From NCBI GenBank assembly GCA_043822245.1, contig JBDRBY010000046.1, positions 1-61,187 of the forward strand: a stretch of 61,187 bases of DNA. Reading direction: 5' to 3'. Positions 36,547 through 45,422 of the stretch are shown piece after piece. The notes under the pieces were generated by a model, which worked only from the letters and a program-made list of their open reading frames with translations, was not told where the DNA came from and ran no database searches. Origin of the DNA: Candidatus Omnitrophota bacterium. Lineage in GTDB: Bacteria > Omnitrophota > Gorgyraeia > Tantalellales > Tantalellaceae. The translations under genes were made by a program, and so were the position numbers. Numbering within the stretch: the first letter of the stretch is position 1; the number at the start of each line of letters is the position of its first letter.

Positions 36547-37188
36547 ATGAAGACAAAAGGATTATTTTTAGCAGTAATAGCAATTGTTGCGGTCAGCTTT
36601 TTGACATCAGGCTGTGCCGTAAATTTTTACAAACAAAATCCGCGCAGTAAAAAGAAAATAGAGGCGCTGGAAGCCAAGGTTATGGATTTAGAAACTGAAC
36701 GTGAAACAGAACGCATAAAATTTGAGGAAGTCCAGCGCATATTAGCTAAGAAATTTCAGGAAGAGATTACTGAAAAACAGATGTCACTAAAAATGAATGA
36801 GGGACAGCTGGTCATTATTGTGTCCGATGATATCTTGTTTGATTCGGGTAAATCACGGGTAAAAGAAAGCGCTCGCGCGGTTCTTGACAAAGTGGCAGAG
36901 GTTATAAACAAAGAAGTTCCGGGTAAAAACATAGGCATTAGCGGGCATACTGACAATCTGCCTATAAAACATTCAAATTGGACATCCAACTGGGAACTCT
37001 CTACCTCTCGAGCCACGAATGTGCTGCATTACCTTATAGAGAGAAGCATTCCTCCGGAAAGATTATCCGCGACAGGATACGGAGAGCATCGTCCTATTGT
37101 TTCTAATGAGGATAGTGAAGGCCGCTCTCAAAACAGAAGAGTTGAGATTGCGATTCTTCCGGAATTTACAGAAAAAAGACCGAATTAG
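36547..37188 (+). CDS. OmpA/MotB-family peptidoglycan-binding lipoprotein
   Basis: Lipobox LTSGC, a coiled-coil linker and an OmpA-like C-terminus (FDSGKSRV....L..V, GHTDN.P, NWELSTSRA, GYGE..P, NRRVEI). Confidence 0.8.
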   Translation: MKTKGLFLAVIAIVAVSFLTSGCAVNFYKQNPRSKKKIEALEAKVMDLETERETERIKFEEVQRILAKKFQEEITEKQMSLKMNEGQLVIIVSDDILFDSGKSRVKESARAVLDKVAEVINKEVPGKNIGISGHTDNLPIKHSNWTSNWELSTSRATNVLHYLIERSIPPERLSATGYGEHRPIVSNEDSEGRSQNRRVEIAILPEFTEKRPN

Positions 37189-37203
37189 TTCGAATTCTAA
37201 ACC

Positions 37204-37902
37204 ATGGATTCTTTACCCCAGCATATCGCGATAATAATGGATGGGAATGGCAGATGGGCGAAAAAAAGGAATTTGCCGCGTATCATGGGGCATCGTGCCG
37301 GGTTGAGGGCTGTGCAAACCGTAATTGAAGTAGCCGCGCGCCGTGGTATAAAAGCTCTCACGCTGTATACTTTTTCCACAGAAAATTGGAAACGTCCTAG
37401 GATGGAGATTGACGCTTTGATGAGCCTTTTAGAAAAGGCGATAAAAGAAAATTTAAAAAAACTGTTAGAAAATAATGTACGGTTTAACGTTATCGGGATT
37501 CGAGATAATCTTTCGCCGGTGCTGAGAGATTTAATCAAAGGCGCGGAAGAAAAAACTTCTTCAAATTCCGGCATGATTTTGACTTTAGCTTTGAGTTATG
37601 GATCCCGGCAGGAAATAGTTAACGCGATAAAAAAACTGTATCTTAAAGTTGAAGAAGGAACTTTGGATATATCTAATTTAAAAGAGGAAGATTTCGAGGA
37701 ATTTCTTTATACAAAAAACCTGCCGCGGTTGGATTTGATTATTCGTACTTCGGGAGAGATGCGGCTGAGTAATTTTTTATTATGGCAAGCGGCTTATTCT
37801 GAGATTTATGTCACAGATACTTTATGGCCCGATTTTGAGGAAAAAGAGATGGAGAAAGCTTTAGCGGAATACGAAAAACGGAACAGGAGATTTGGTGAAT
37901 AA
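37204..37902 (+). CDS. uppS: isoprenyl transferase (undecaprenyl diphosphate synthase)
   Basis: HIAIIMDGNGRWA, FSTENWKRP and RTSGEMRLSNFLLWQ; 232 aa. Confidence 0.95.
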   Translation: MDSLPQHIAIIMDGNGRWAKKRNLPRIMGHRAGLRAVQTVIEVAARRGIKALTLYTFSTENWKRPRMEIDALMSLLEKAIKENLKKLLENNVRFNVIGIRDNLSPVLRDLIKGAEEKTSSNSGMILTLALSYGSRQEIVNAIKKLYLKVEEGTLDISNLKEEDFEEFLYTKNLPRLDLIIRTSGEMRLSNFLLWQAAYSEIYVTDTLWPDFEEKEMEKALAEYEKRNRRFGE

Positions 37903-38713
37903 ATTTGCCTGGAGAACGATTGTCACTTTGATTTTAGTATCTATTGTTGGGGTGGTGATATACGTTTTCCCAAATTGGATATTTTCTTTGGTAATTGTTT
38001 TGTTTATTGCTTTTGGTCAGCTTGATTTTTTTCGTTTAGTTGAGAGCAGAAAAATATTTGTGTACAAATATTTTGGAATTATCGCGGGCTGCGGTATTCC
38101 GATTGTTATTTTTATCGGGGATAAACTCCCCAGCCTTAAAAATCTCGATCCGCTTTTGATAGTCGCGGCATGCCTCGTAACATTTGTTCTTCAATTTACC
38201 AGGCGAGATAACGCGAAGGACCATCTTACAGGGACCGCGCTTACCTTGTTTTCACTTTTTTATATTGCCTGGTTTTTTTCCTTTTTCGTAAAAATAAAGC
38301 TTTTAGATAACGGATCTAATTTGACGGCTTTTCTCATTCTTATTACCAAATCCGCCGATATCGGCGCTTATGTGATAGGCAGTTGTATCGGTAGGACAGA
38401 GCTCATTCCAAGGATAAGCCCAAAGAAAACAAAAGAAGGAACCATTGGCGGTATTGTTGTAAGCGCGGTTATCGCTCTTACATTAGGAAGGATTCTTACG
38501 AATTTTTCTTTTGTGCACCTTTTTATTTTAGGAGTTGTTTTAGCGGTGCTTGGCCAAGTGGGAGATTTAGCGGAAAGCCTTATTAAAAGAGACTGTGGAG
38601 CGAAAGATGCCGGTTCTTACTTACCCGGCATCGGCGGCGCGCTGGACATTATGGACAGCCTGCTTTTTACCGCGCCCGTGTTTTATTTTTACGTAAAAAT
38701 TATGCAAAGCTAA
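37892..38713 (+). CDS. cdsA: phosphatidate cytidylyltransferase (TTG/GTG start)
   Basis: Multi-TM protein with SPKKTKEGTIGG and C-terminal SLIKRDCGAKDAGSYLPGIGGALDIMDS. Classic uppS-cdsA-dxr-rseP context. Confidence 0.9.
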   Translation: MVNKFAWRTIVTLILVSIVGVVIYVFPNWIFSLVIVLFIAFGQLDFFRLVESRKIFVYKYFGIIAGCGIPIVIFIGDKLPSLKNLDPLLIVAACLVTFVLQFTRRDNAKDHLTGTALTLFSLFYIAWFFSFFVKIKLLDNGSNLTAFLILITKSADIGAYVIGSCIGRTELIPRISPKKTKEGTIGGIVVSAVIALTLGRILTNFSFVHLFILGVVLAVLGQVGDLAESLIKRDCGAKDAGSYLPGIGGALDIMDSLLFTAPVFYFYVKIMQS

Positions 38714-38717
38714 TTTT

Positions 38718-38793
38718 GGAATAGAAATTCCCTTTCTTCTGAAAAAGGAATAGGAAATTCCCCCCTTTGAAAAAGGGGGCTAGGGGGATTTAA
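38718..38793 (+). repeat. FEKG-type element: 2 units plus (+) cap
   Basis: GGAATAGAAATTCCCTTTCTTCTGAAAAA GGAATAGGAAATTCCCCCCTTTGAAAAAGGGGGCTAGGGGGATTTAA. Confidence 0.9.
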
Positions 38794-38870
38794 TCCGCGC
38801 CCTAATCAATGATAATAACCCAAAGTGGCTGGATTTGGTCAAGGCGAGATACAGTTTATCGCGGACAATT

Positions 38871-40013
38871 ATGAAAAATATTACCATATTAGGATCAACA
38901 GGATCGGTTGGAAGGAATGTTCTAGATGTAATAAGGAGTTATCCGGGGATGTTTAGAGTAAAAGCCCTCTCCAGCAATGAAAATATTTCATCCCTTCTTG
39001 AACAGGCGGAAGAATTCAAACCGGCTTCCGTGGTAATAGCCAGAGAAGAGTTTTACTCTGAATTTAAAAAAAAATGCCCCTTTGGTGTTAAAATTTTTTC
39101 AGGGCCGGAATTTCTTGAAGAAGCGGCGCGAGAAAAAGACACGGATATTATTTTCATGGCTATTTCAGGCACTCACGCGTTAAAACCGCTTATGGCCGCG
39201 CTTTCGGCCGGAAAAACTGTCGCTCTCGCGAGTAAAGAACCGGTAGTTAGTGCCGGTGAGATAATACAAGCCGCGCTGAAGAAATATGGATCACGTATCC
39301 TGCCGGTGGATTCGGAACACAGCGCCGCCGCGCAATGCCTATCCGGTAAATCTAAAGATTACGTGAAGACTTTGTATATAACAGGTAGCGGCGGGCCTTT
39401 AAGAGAACGTCCTTTGGAAGAATTTGATTCTCTTTCGATTAATGAGGTTTTGAACCATCCTGTATGGAAGATGGGCCGGAAAATAACAGTTGATTCCGCG
39501 ACTCTTATGAACAAAGGGTTAGAAGTGATAGAGGCGCGGTGGCTTTTTGATATTCCTTCTGATAAAATAAAAATTGTTATACACCCGGAATCCGTTGTGC
39601 ATTCTATGGTGGAATTTATTGACGGAACCATAAACGCGGGCTTATCTTGTCCGGATATGCGGTTTCCAATACTAAAAGCGCTTTTTTTTCCAGAGATGGT
39701 AGAAAACTCTTTTCCAAGAGTAGATTTTAATATCGTGAACAAATTGTCGTTTTTCGAGGCGGATACTGAAAAATTTCCCGCCATTAATATAGCTCTTAGC
39801 GCTCTTGAATCTGGAGGGACATACCCGGCGGTTTTAAACAGTTCTAACGAAGCGGCAGTAAAATGTTTTTTGGAAGGAAAGGCTAAATTTACGGATATTA
39901 TGAAACTTATAACAAAGGTTATGGAAAAACACCAAAGTGTGAATAACCCGTCTTTAGAGCAGATACTTTCCGCTGAAGAATGGGCAGAGAAGGAGGTGTC
40001 GCGATTTTGTTAA
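38871..40013 (+). CDS. dxr: 1-deoxy-D-xylulose-5-phosphate reductoisomerase
   Basis: ILGSTGSVG, PVDSEHSA, NKGLEVIEA and HPESVVHSMVEF. ATG 38871 is preferred over ORF start 38835. Confidence 0.95.
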   Translation: MKNITILGSTGSVGRNVLDVIRSYPGMFRVKALSSNENISSLLEQAEEFKPASVVIAREEFYSEFKKKCPFGVKIFSGPEFLEEAAREKDTDIIFMAISGTHALKPLMAALSAGKTVALASKEPVVSAGEIIQAALKKYGSRILPVDSEHSAAAQCLSGKSKDYVKTLYITGSGGPLRERPLEEFDSLSINEVLNHPVWKMGRKITVDSATLMNKGLEVIEARWLFDIPSDKIKIVIHPESVVHSMVEFIDGTINAGLSCPDMRFPILKALFFPEMVENSFPRVDFNIVNKLSFFEADTEKFPAINIALSALESGGTYPAVLNSSNEAAVKCFLEGKAKFTDIMKLITKVMEKHQSVNNPSLEQILSAEEWAEKEVSRFC

Positions 40014-41065
40014 CAGGAATTATAGTTTTTATTGTTTTTGGAATACTGATCATCGTACACGAGGCAGGTCATCTAATAGCCGCGAAGAAAGCGGGTATCA
40101 GAGTCGAGGCTTTTTCTCTGGGCATGGGCAAAAGGCTTTTTGGCATTGCAATCGGAGGCACAGATTACAGAGTGTCGCTTATTCCGTTCGGTGGTTTTTG
40201 CCAGATGGCGGGGGAAGACCCTCATCAGGCTAAAGGCGCGAAAGATGAATTTGGTTCAAAACCTGTTGGAGCGCGGTTTTGGGTAGTAGCGGCCGGATCC
40301 ATAACGAATTACATATTCGCTTTTTTGCTTTTCAGCATTGTTTTTATGATAGGCTCGCCTGTTGTTTCAAACGAAGTTGGCCAGCTTTTGAAAGGTTATC
40401 CGGCAGAGAAAGCGGGAATAAAAACAGGGGACAAGATTTTAAGCGTTAACGGCAAAAAAGTTGAATATTGGGATGACATTGTGTCGGAAATAGCGAAAGG
40501 TTCCTTGGCTTTAAAGCCGCTTGAGATGGAAATATTGAGGAGTAAAGAAACGATGATTGTAGAAGTTACTCCTGAAGTATCAACTGTGACTAATATCTTT
40601 AACCAGAAGATATCCCGGCCTGTAGTAGGAATAGCGCCCGAAAATAAAATTTTAGCAGTTTCTTACAACCCTGTTAAAGCGTTATTTTATGGCGGGAAAA
40701 AACTGATAGCGCTTACCGCTGTGACGTATAAAAGCATATGGCTTCTTTTGACCGGAGGTATGCCCCTTAAAACATCAGTATCAGGGCCCATCGGTATCGC
40801 GTGCCTTATAGGGCAGGCCGCGAATATGGGACTTGTGTATCTTATTTTAGTGATGGCGCATATCAGCATGGCCTTGGCCGTATTTAATCTTTTGCCGTTT
40901 CCCGTTCTTGATGGCGGGCACATCTTTTTTTTAATTATCGAAAAATTACGCGGCAAGCCTTTAAGCGTAAAGACGCAGGAGATAATCGCGCAAGCCGCGC
41001 TTGTCGGCCTTATCAGCCTGGCGTTGTTTGTCAGCTGGCAAGACATATTGAGAATTATCCGATAA
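39980..41065 (+). CDS. rseP: RIP metalloprotease RseP (site-2 protease); start may be TTG 40007
   Basis: HEAGH zinc motif, a PDZ domain (GDKILSVNGK) and C-terminal NLLPFPVLDGGH. RBS AGGAGG at 39991-39996 favours a start near 40004-40007. Confidence 0.9.
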   Translation: MGREGGVAILLTGIIVFIVFGILIIVHEAGHLIAAKKAGIRVEAFSLGMGKRLFGIAIGGTDYRVSLIPFGGFCQMAGEDPHQAKGAKDEFGSKPVGARFWVVAAGSITNYIFAFLLFSIVFMIGSPVVSNEVGQLLKGYPAEKAGIKTGDKILSVNGKKVEYWDDIVSEIAKGSLALKPLEMEILRSKETMIVEVTPEVSTVTNIFNQKISRPVVGIAPENKILAVSYNPVKALFYGGKKLIALTAVTYKSIWLLLTGGMPLKTSVSGPIGIACLIGQAANMGLVYLILVMAHISMALAVFNLLPFPVLDGGHIFFLIIEKLRGKPLSVKTQEIIAQAALVGLISLALFVSWQDILRIIR

Positions 41066-41068
41066 AAA

Positions 41069-42112
41069 ATGAAACGTAGAAACACACGAACAATTACGGT
41101 AGGCAAATTAAAAATCGGGTCAAAACATCCTGTGAGCATCCAGTCTATGCTGAAGACGGATATTTCCGATATTTGTTCCGCGATTGCCGAAGCGCGCGCG
41201 TTGGAAGAGGCCGGATGCGAACTTATACGCGTGGCAGTTAAAGAAAAAAAAATACTTGAAACTTTGCCCGTTCTTAAGCAAAACATAAATATTCCTATCT
41301 GCGCGGATATACATTTCGATTATAAACTTGCCGTTGAAGCGATAGAGCGGGGCGCGGACAAGATAAGAATAAACCCGGGCAATATTAAAAAACCGAAAGA
41401 AATTCGCGCGATAATTGATTGCGCGAAAGAAAATAAAATACCGATAAGGATAGGGATAAACTCAGGGTCCACCGGCAGTACCAAGAGCAGTGGTATGGTA
41501 AAGTCGCTCCTGGAATATCTAGCCCATTTTGAACGCGAAAATTTTCATAACATCATTATCTCTATCAAATCTTCCGACGTAAAAACAACTGTTGACGCGT
41601 ATAGAAAAATGGCGTTAAGATGCGATTATCCCTTTCATCTCGGCCTTACCTCTACCGGGCCGGTTTCTCGAGGAAAAGTGAAATCGAGCATATGTATAGG
41701 TGCTCTTTTGTTGGACGGGATAGGCGATACTATAAGGGTTTCTTTAACCGCGGGATCAAAAGAAGAGGTAGCTTCGGCCAAGGATATACTCAGCGCGTTG
41801 GATATTAGAAACTTCGGCCCTAAGATAATATCCTGCCCCACATGTGGCAGATGCCAAGTTAATTTAGTTTCAATTGTCAATGAATTATCGGATATCCTCC
41901 AACGATCAACGGCCAACGGCCAACGGCCAACGACTATAGCAGTTATGGGATGCGAAGTTAACGGCCCCGGTGAGGCGAAACACGCGGATATAGGGATAGC
42001 CTTTGGCAAAGGCAAAGGCGCGATATTCCGCGAAGGTAAGATAATAAAGACAGTAAAAGCAATCGACGCGGTAAAAGAAATAATGTCGGAAATTAAAAAT
42101 TTTTCATTTTAG
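41069..42112 (+). CDS. ispG: 4-hydroxy-3-methylbut-2-en-1-yl diphosphate synthase
   Basis: VSIQSM, RINPGN and the C-terminal CPTCGRC....MGCEVNGPGE cluster motif; 347 aa. Confidence 0.95.
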   Translation: MKRRNTRTITVGKLKIGSKHPVSIQSMLKTDISDICSAIAEARALEEAGCELIRVAVKEKKILETLPVLKQNINIPICADIHFDYKLAVEAIERGADKIRINPGNIKKPKEIRAIIDCAKENKIPIRIGINSGSTGSTKSSGMVKSLLEYLAHFERENFHNIIISIKSSDVKTTVDAYRKMALRCDYPFHLGLTSTGPVSRGKVKSSICIGALLLDGIGDTIRVSLTAGSKEEVASAKDILSALDIRNFGPKIISCPTCGRCQVNLVSIVNELSDILQRSTANGQRPTTIAVMGCEVNGPGEAKHADIGIAFGKGKGAIFREGKIIKTVKAIDAVKEIMSEIKNFSF

Positions 42113-42147
42113 CTTTACATTTTTAATTATTAACACAGGAGATTAAC

Positions 42148-43413
42148 ATGAGATGGTCTAACACATTTATACCAACATTAAAAGAAGACCCGCAGGACGC
42201 TGAAGCCATAAGCCACAAACTCATGGTGAGGGCGGGCCTTATCAGGCGCCTTAGCGCTGGAGCGTACACGTACCTTCCTTTAGGGTACAAAATTCTTAAA
42301 AAAGTGGAGAATATAATCCGTGAAGAAATGAACGCCTCCGGCGCCAGCGAGCTTTTAATGCCGGCATTACAGCCCATGGAATTATGGAAAAAGACAGGAA
42401 GAGATGCTGATATGGGCGAGGTGATGATCCGTTACAAGGACAGGCATGGGAAAACTACAGTTTTGGGCCCGACGCATGAAGAAGTTATTACTGATCTCGT
42501 TTCCAGGGAAGTCAGGTCGTACAAAGATCTTCCCGTCATCTTATATCAGATACAGACAAAATTCCGGGATGAAATTCGCCCCCGGTTCGGCGTGGTAAGA
42601 AGCTGTGAATTTATAATGAAAGACGCTTACAGTTTTGATGTTACCCCTGGCGCGATGGAAGAAAATTACAAGAAAATGTACGGCGCGTATTGCCGGATTT
42701 TTGAAAGGTGCGCTTTGCCCTACTTAGCGGTAGAAGCGGACCCTGGCCTTATGGGCGGCACAGTGTCGCATGAATTTATGGTGCCTTCAAATATCGGGGA
42801 AGATAAGGTTTTTAAATGTTCAGGATGCGATTACGCGGCAAGTATGGAAATAGCCGAAAAAGGGGTTACTTCGGGCGGGTTATGCCCAAAATGTAAGAAA
42901 GCAAAAGGAGAAATTATAAATGCCATAGAAATCGGCCACACATTTAAGCTTGGGACAAAGTATTCTAAACCTTTAAACGCATCATTTTTAGACGAAAAAG
43001 GTAAAGAAAATTTTATTGTAATGGGCTGTTATGGTATTGGGGTTAACAGGATTCTTGCCGCTTTTATAGAAACAAGCCATGATGCTGATGGCATTATCTG
43101 GCCGGAATCTATCAGCCCCTACGAGATAGTAGTGATTCCCTTAAGGAGCGATAATAAGGCTGTACAGGCGGAAGCGGAACGCGTGTATGGTGAATTGAAG
43201 GAACATGGATTTGATGTCCTCATAGACGACCGGGATAAATCAGCCGGAATAAAATTCAAAGACGCCGATTTAATAGGTTTCCCCACACAGGTAATAATAG
43301 GTGAAAAAAGTTTTAAACAAAATAAGGTCGAAGTCAAACAGCGAAAAACCGGAAAAACAACCTTGATTGACAGGGAAACCGTAGGGACAGGCCTAAGGCC
43401 TGTCCGTTTCTAA
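42148..43413 (+). CDS. proS: proline--tRNA ligase, bacterial type lacking the INS editing domain
   Basis: Bacterial-type N-terminus (TLKE.P.DAE..SH.LM.RAG.IR....G.Y..LP), motif 2 (FRDE.RPRFG..R..EF.MKDAYSF) and motif 3 (GCYGIGV.R). Only 421 aa. A ~40-aa CxxC..CxxC segment replaces the ~180-aa INS. Confidence 0.9.
   Translation: MRWSNTFIPTLKEDPQDAEAISHKLMVRAGLIRRLSAGAYTYLPLGYKILKKVENIIREEMNASGASELLMPALQPMELWKKTGRDADMGEVMIRYKDRHGKTTVLGPTHEEVITDLVSREVRSYKDLPVILYQIQTKFRDEIRPRFGVVRSCEFIMKDAYSFDVTPGAMEENYKKMYGAYCRIFERCALPYLAVEADPGLMGGTVSHEFMVPSNIGEDKVFKCSGCDYAASMEIAEKGVTSGGLCPKCKKAKGEIINAIEIGHTFKLGTKYSKPLNASFLDEKGKENFIVMGCYGIGVNRILAAFIETSHDADGIIWPESISPYEIVVIPLRSDNKAVQAEAERVYGELKEHGFDVLIDDRDKSAGIKFKDADLIGFPTQVIIGEKSFKQNKVEVKQRKTGKTTLIDRETVGTGLRPVRF
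43381..43405. repeat. GTAG-prefixed hairpin inside the proS 3' end
   Basis: GTAGGGACAGGCC-TAA-GGCCTGTCC encodes the last residues (VGTGLRPVRF*) of the ORF. Confidence 0.75.
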
Positions 43414-43495
43414 TAACAACTTCGTTGTCGAGACGAGATACCCTTTGACAGGCTCAGGACAAGCTGTTTTGTCTCTGTTGTTTTTTAATTTTTTC

Positions 43496-43524
43496 TTGAC
43501 AAGAATGAAGCGAGGCGGTAAAAT
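43496..43524 (+). promoter_or_regulatory. near-consensus sigma-70 promoter of the rimP-nusA-infB operon
   Basis: TTGACA (43496-43501), 17 nt, TAAAAT (43519-43524). Confidence 0.55.
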
Positions 43525-43554
43525 TATGGCTAATGATAAGTGTCAAAAACCTAA

Positions 43555-43580
43555 GTGGGCCGTATGCCCGCTTTTTTTTT
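43555..43580 (+). terminator. short hairpin plus T9 in the rimP leader (attenuator-like)
   Basis: GTGGGC-CGTAT-GCCCGC (6 bp including one G-U) followed by T9 at 43572-43580. About 30 nt downstream of the predicted TSS and 47 nt before the rimP ATG. Confidence 0.4.
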
Positions 43581-43626
43581 CTATCTTGTTGATCTAAACT
43601 GGCTAGATTAACATTGGATTAACATT

Positions 43627-44088
43627 ATGAATAGTAGAATTCCTGAACAATTAGAAGAGTTCATTCGGCAAGAGGCGGAGAGGCTGGGGTGTGTGCTGGT
43701 GGAGGTAATTGCCAAAGGTTCCAGGCAGGGGCCTCTTTTGGAGGTTATTATGGATAAACAAGGTGGTATTACTCTTGGTGAGTGCGGGACTTTTAATAAA
43801 AAAGTTATGGCTTGGATAGCGGAAAACAAGATGTTTGTCCGCGGGTGCACTCTCGATGTTTCTTCTCCCGGGCTTGACCGGGAAATCAAAACAGACAGCG
43901 CTTTTTTATGGGCGCGGGGGAAACAGGTTAGAGTGACCTTGCGGGAAGGCCTGGATGGTAAATATGTGTTTTCAGGCAGGCTTGTAGAAAAAAACGATAA
44001 CGGCGAGATTGTTTTAGAAGAAACAGCCGGTGGAGAAACAGTGAACATTGATAACAAAAATGTCGCAAAAATAAAACTAAACATGTAG
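43627..44088 (+). CDS. rimP: ribosome maturation factor RimP
   Basis: 153 aa. LEVSSPGLDR-type motif (LDVSSPGLDREIK). Immediately upstream of nusA. Confidence 0.9.
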   Translation: MNSRIPEQLEEFIRQEAERLGCVLVEVIAKGSRQGPLLEVIMDKQGGITLGECGTFNKKVMAWIAENKMFVRGCTLDVSSPGLDREIKTDSAFLWARGKQVRVTLREGLDGKYVFSGRLVEKNDNGEIVLEETAGGETVNIDNKNVAKIKLNM

Positions 44089-44110
44089 AGACAGGCCTAC
44101 GGCCTTGTTC
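44085..44110. repeat. GTAG-prefixed REP-like element whose TAG is the rimP stop codon
   Basis: GTAGAGACAGGCCTACGGCCTTGTTC; TAG at 44086-44088. Confidence 0.7.
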
Positions 44111-44127
44111 GTTAAGGAGAGAATATT

Positions 44128-45366
44128 ATGAATGGTGAACTACTAATAGCTATAGAAAGGCTTGAGAGAGAAAAAGGCATAAAAAAAGATATCCTTTTTG
44201 AGGCCATTGAAAGCGCTCTAATAAGCGCGGCACGAAAGGTTATAGATGACCCTGAAATCATGAAAGAGGATATTGATGTTACCATAAATAAAGATACCGG
44301 TGAAATTGAGGTTTTTAGTGAAGGTGAAAAAATTAATAATGAAAGATTCGGCAGAATCGCCGCGCAAACTGCCAAACAGGTTATTATACAAAAGATCAGA
44401 GAAGCGGAAAGAGACGTGATTTATGAAAAGTATCTTAAAGAAGTGGGCACTATCATAAGTGGGTCAGTGCATCGTTTTGAGAAAGGAAATGTCATAGTTG
44501 AGTTGGATGACGCTGAAGCTGTCTTACAGAGATCCGGGCAGGTTCAGAGAGAGAGGTTCCGGCAGGGTGAACTGGTAAGGGCGTATGTTCTTAAAGTTAA
44601 CAAAAATTCCGGAGGCCCGGAGATAGTATTGTCCCGCACGGACACGGGTTTTATAAAAAAACTATTTGAGTTAGAAGTTCCTGAAATATCTCAAGGAATT
44701 GTTGAAATCAAAGCGATAGCCAGAGAACCCGGGGAAAGGACAAAGATTGCTGTTCTTTCTAAAGACGATAAGGTTGATGCCGTGGGCGCGTGTGTCGGTA
44801 TGCGCGGGTCAAGAGTGAGAGATATTGTAAAAGAACTGCATGGAGAGAGGATAGATATCGTTCCGTGGAATAGTGATATACGCGAATACGTGCCTTCCGC
44901 CGTAAACCCTGCTGAGATTTCTAAAATGGTTATAGACAGGGACAAAAAGAGTATAATTTTGACAGTTCCGAAAGATCAACTTTCACTTTTAATTGGGAAA
45001 AAAGGCAGGAATATCAGATTGGCCTCTAAGCTTGTGGGTTGGGAATTGGTTGCTGATGCCGAGAGAGAAGAGCAGTCGCCGATAGAAGTCGCCGGCGCTC
45101 AGTCTTTAGATGTATTGTCTCTCGGTAAAAAAACAAGAGAAACTTTGGAAGAAGCGGGGTATGATACTCTGAGAAAACTGAAAGAAGCGGGTGTTGAAAA
45201 GCTAGTAGAATTAAGCGGCATAGGGGATAAAACCGCTGAAAAAATAATTACTGCCAGCGAAGATCTTCTATCAGCGGAATCCCAGGTAGAAAAAAGAGAC
45301 AAGTTAGATGAAAAAATCTCTGAGTTGCAGGAAAAAGAAGAAAAAAACCCGGAGGAGCAAACCTAA
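44128..45366 (+). CDS. nusA: transcription termination/antitermination factor NusA
   Basis: N-terminal domain, S1 (GTIISGSVHRFEKGNVIVEL), two KH domains (GACVGMRGSRV; LIGKKGRNIRLA) and a C-terminal HhH tail; 412 aa. Confidence 0.95.
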   Translation: MNGELLIAIERLEREKGIKKDILFEAIESALISAARKVIDDPEIMKEDIDVTINKDTGEIEVFSEGEKINNERFGRIAAQTAKQVIIQKIREAERDVIYEKYLKEVGTIISGSVHRFEKGNVIVELDDAEAVLQRSGQVQRERFRQGELVRAYVLKVNKNSGGPEIVLSRTDTGFIKKLFELEVPEISQGIVEIKAIAREPGERTKIAVLSKDDKVDAVGACVGMRGSRVRDIVKELHGERIDIVPWNSDIREYVPSAVNPAEISKMVIDRDKKSIILTVPKDQLSLLIGKKGRNIRLASKLVGWELVADAEREEQSPIEVAGAQSLDVLSLGKKTRETLEEAGYDTLRKLKEAGVEKLVELSGIGDKTAEKIITASEDLLSAESQVEKRDKLDEKISELQEKEEKNPEEQT

Positions 45367-45422
45367 TCTTCCGTAACGAGCGCCGAGCGACGAAAGACAA
45401 GCGACGAACAAAGAGGTGTTTA

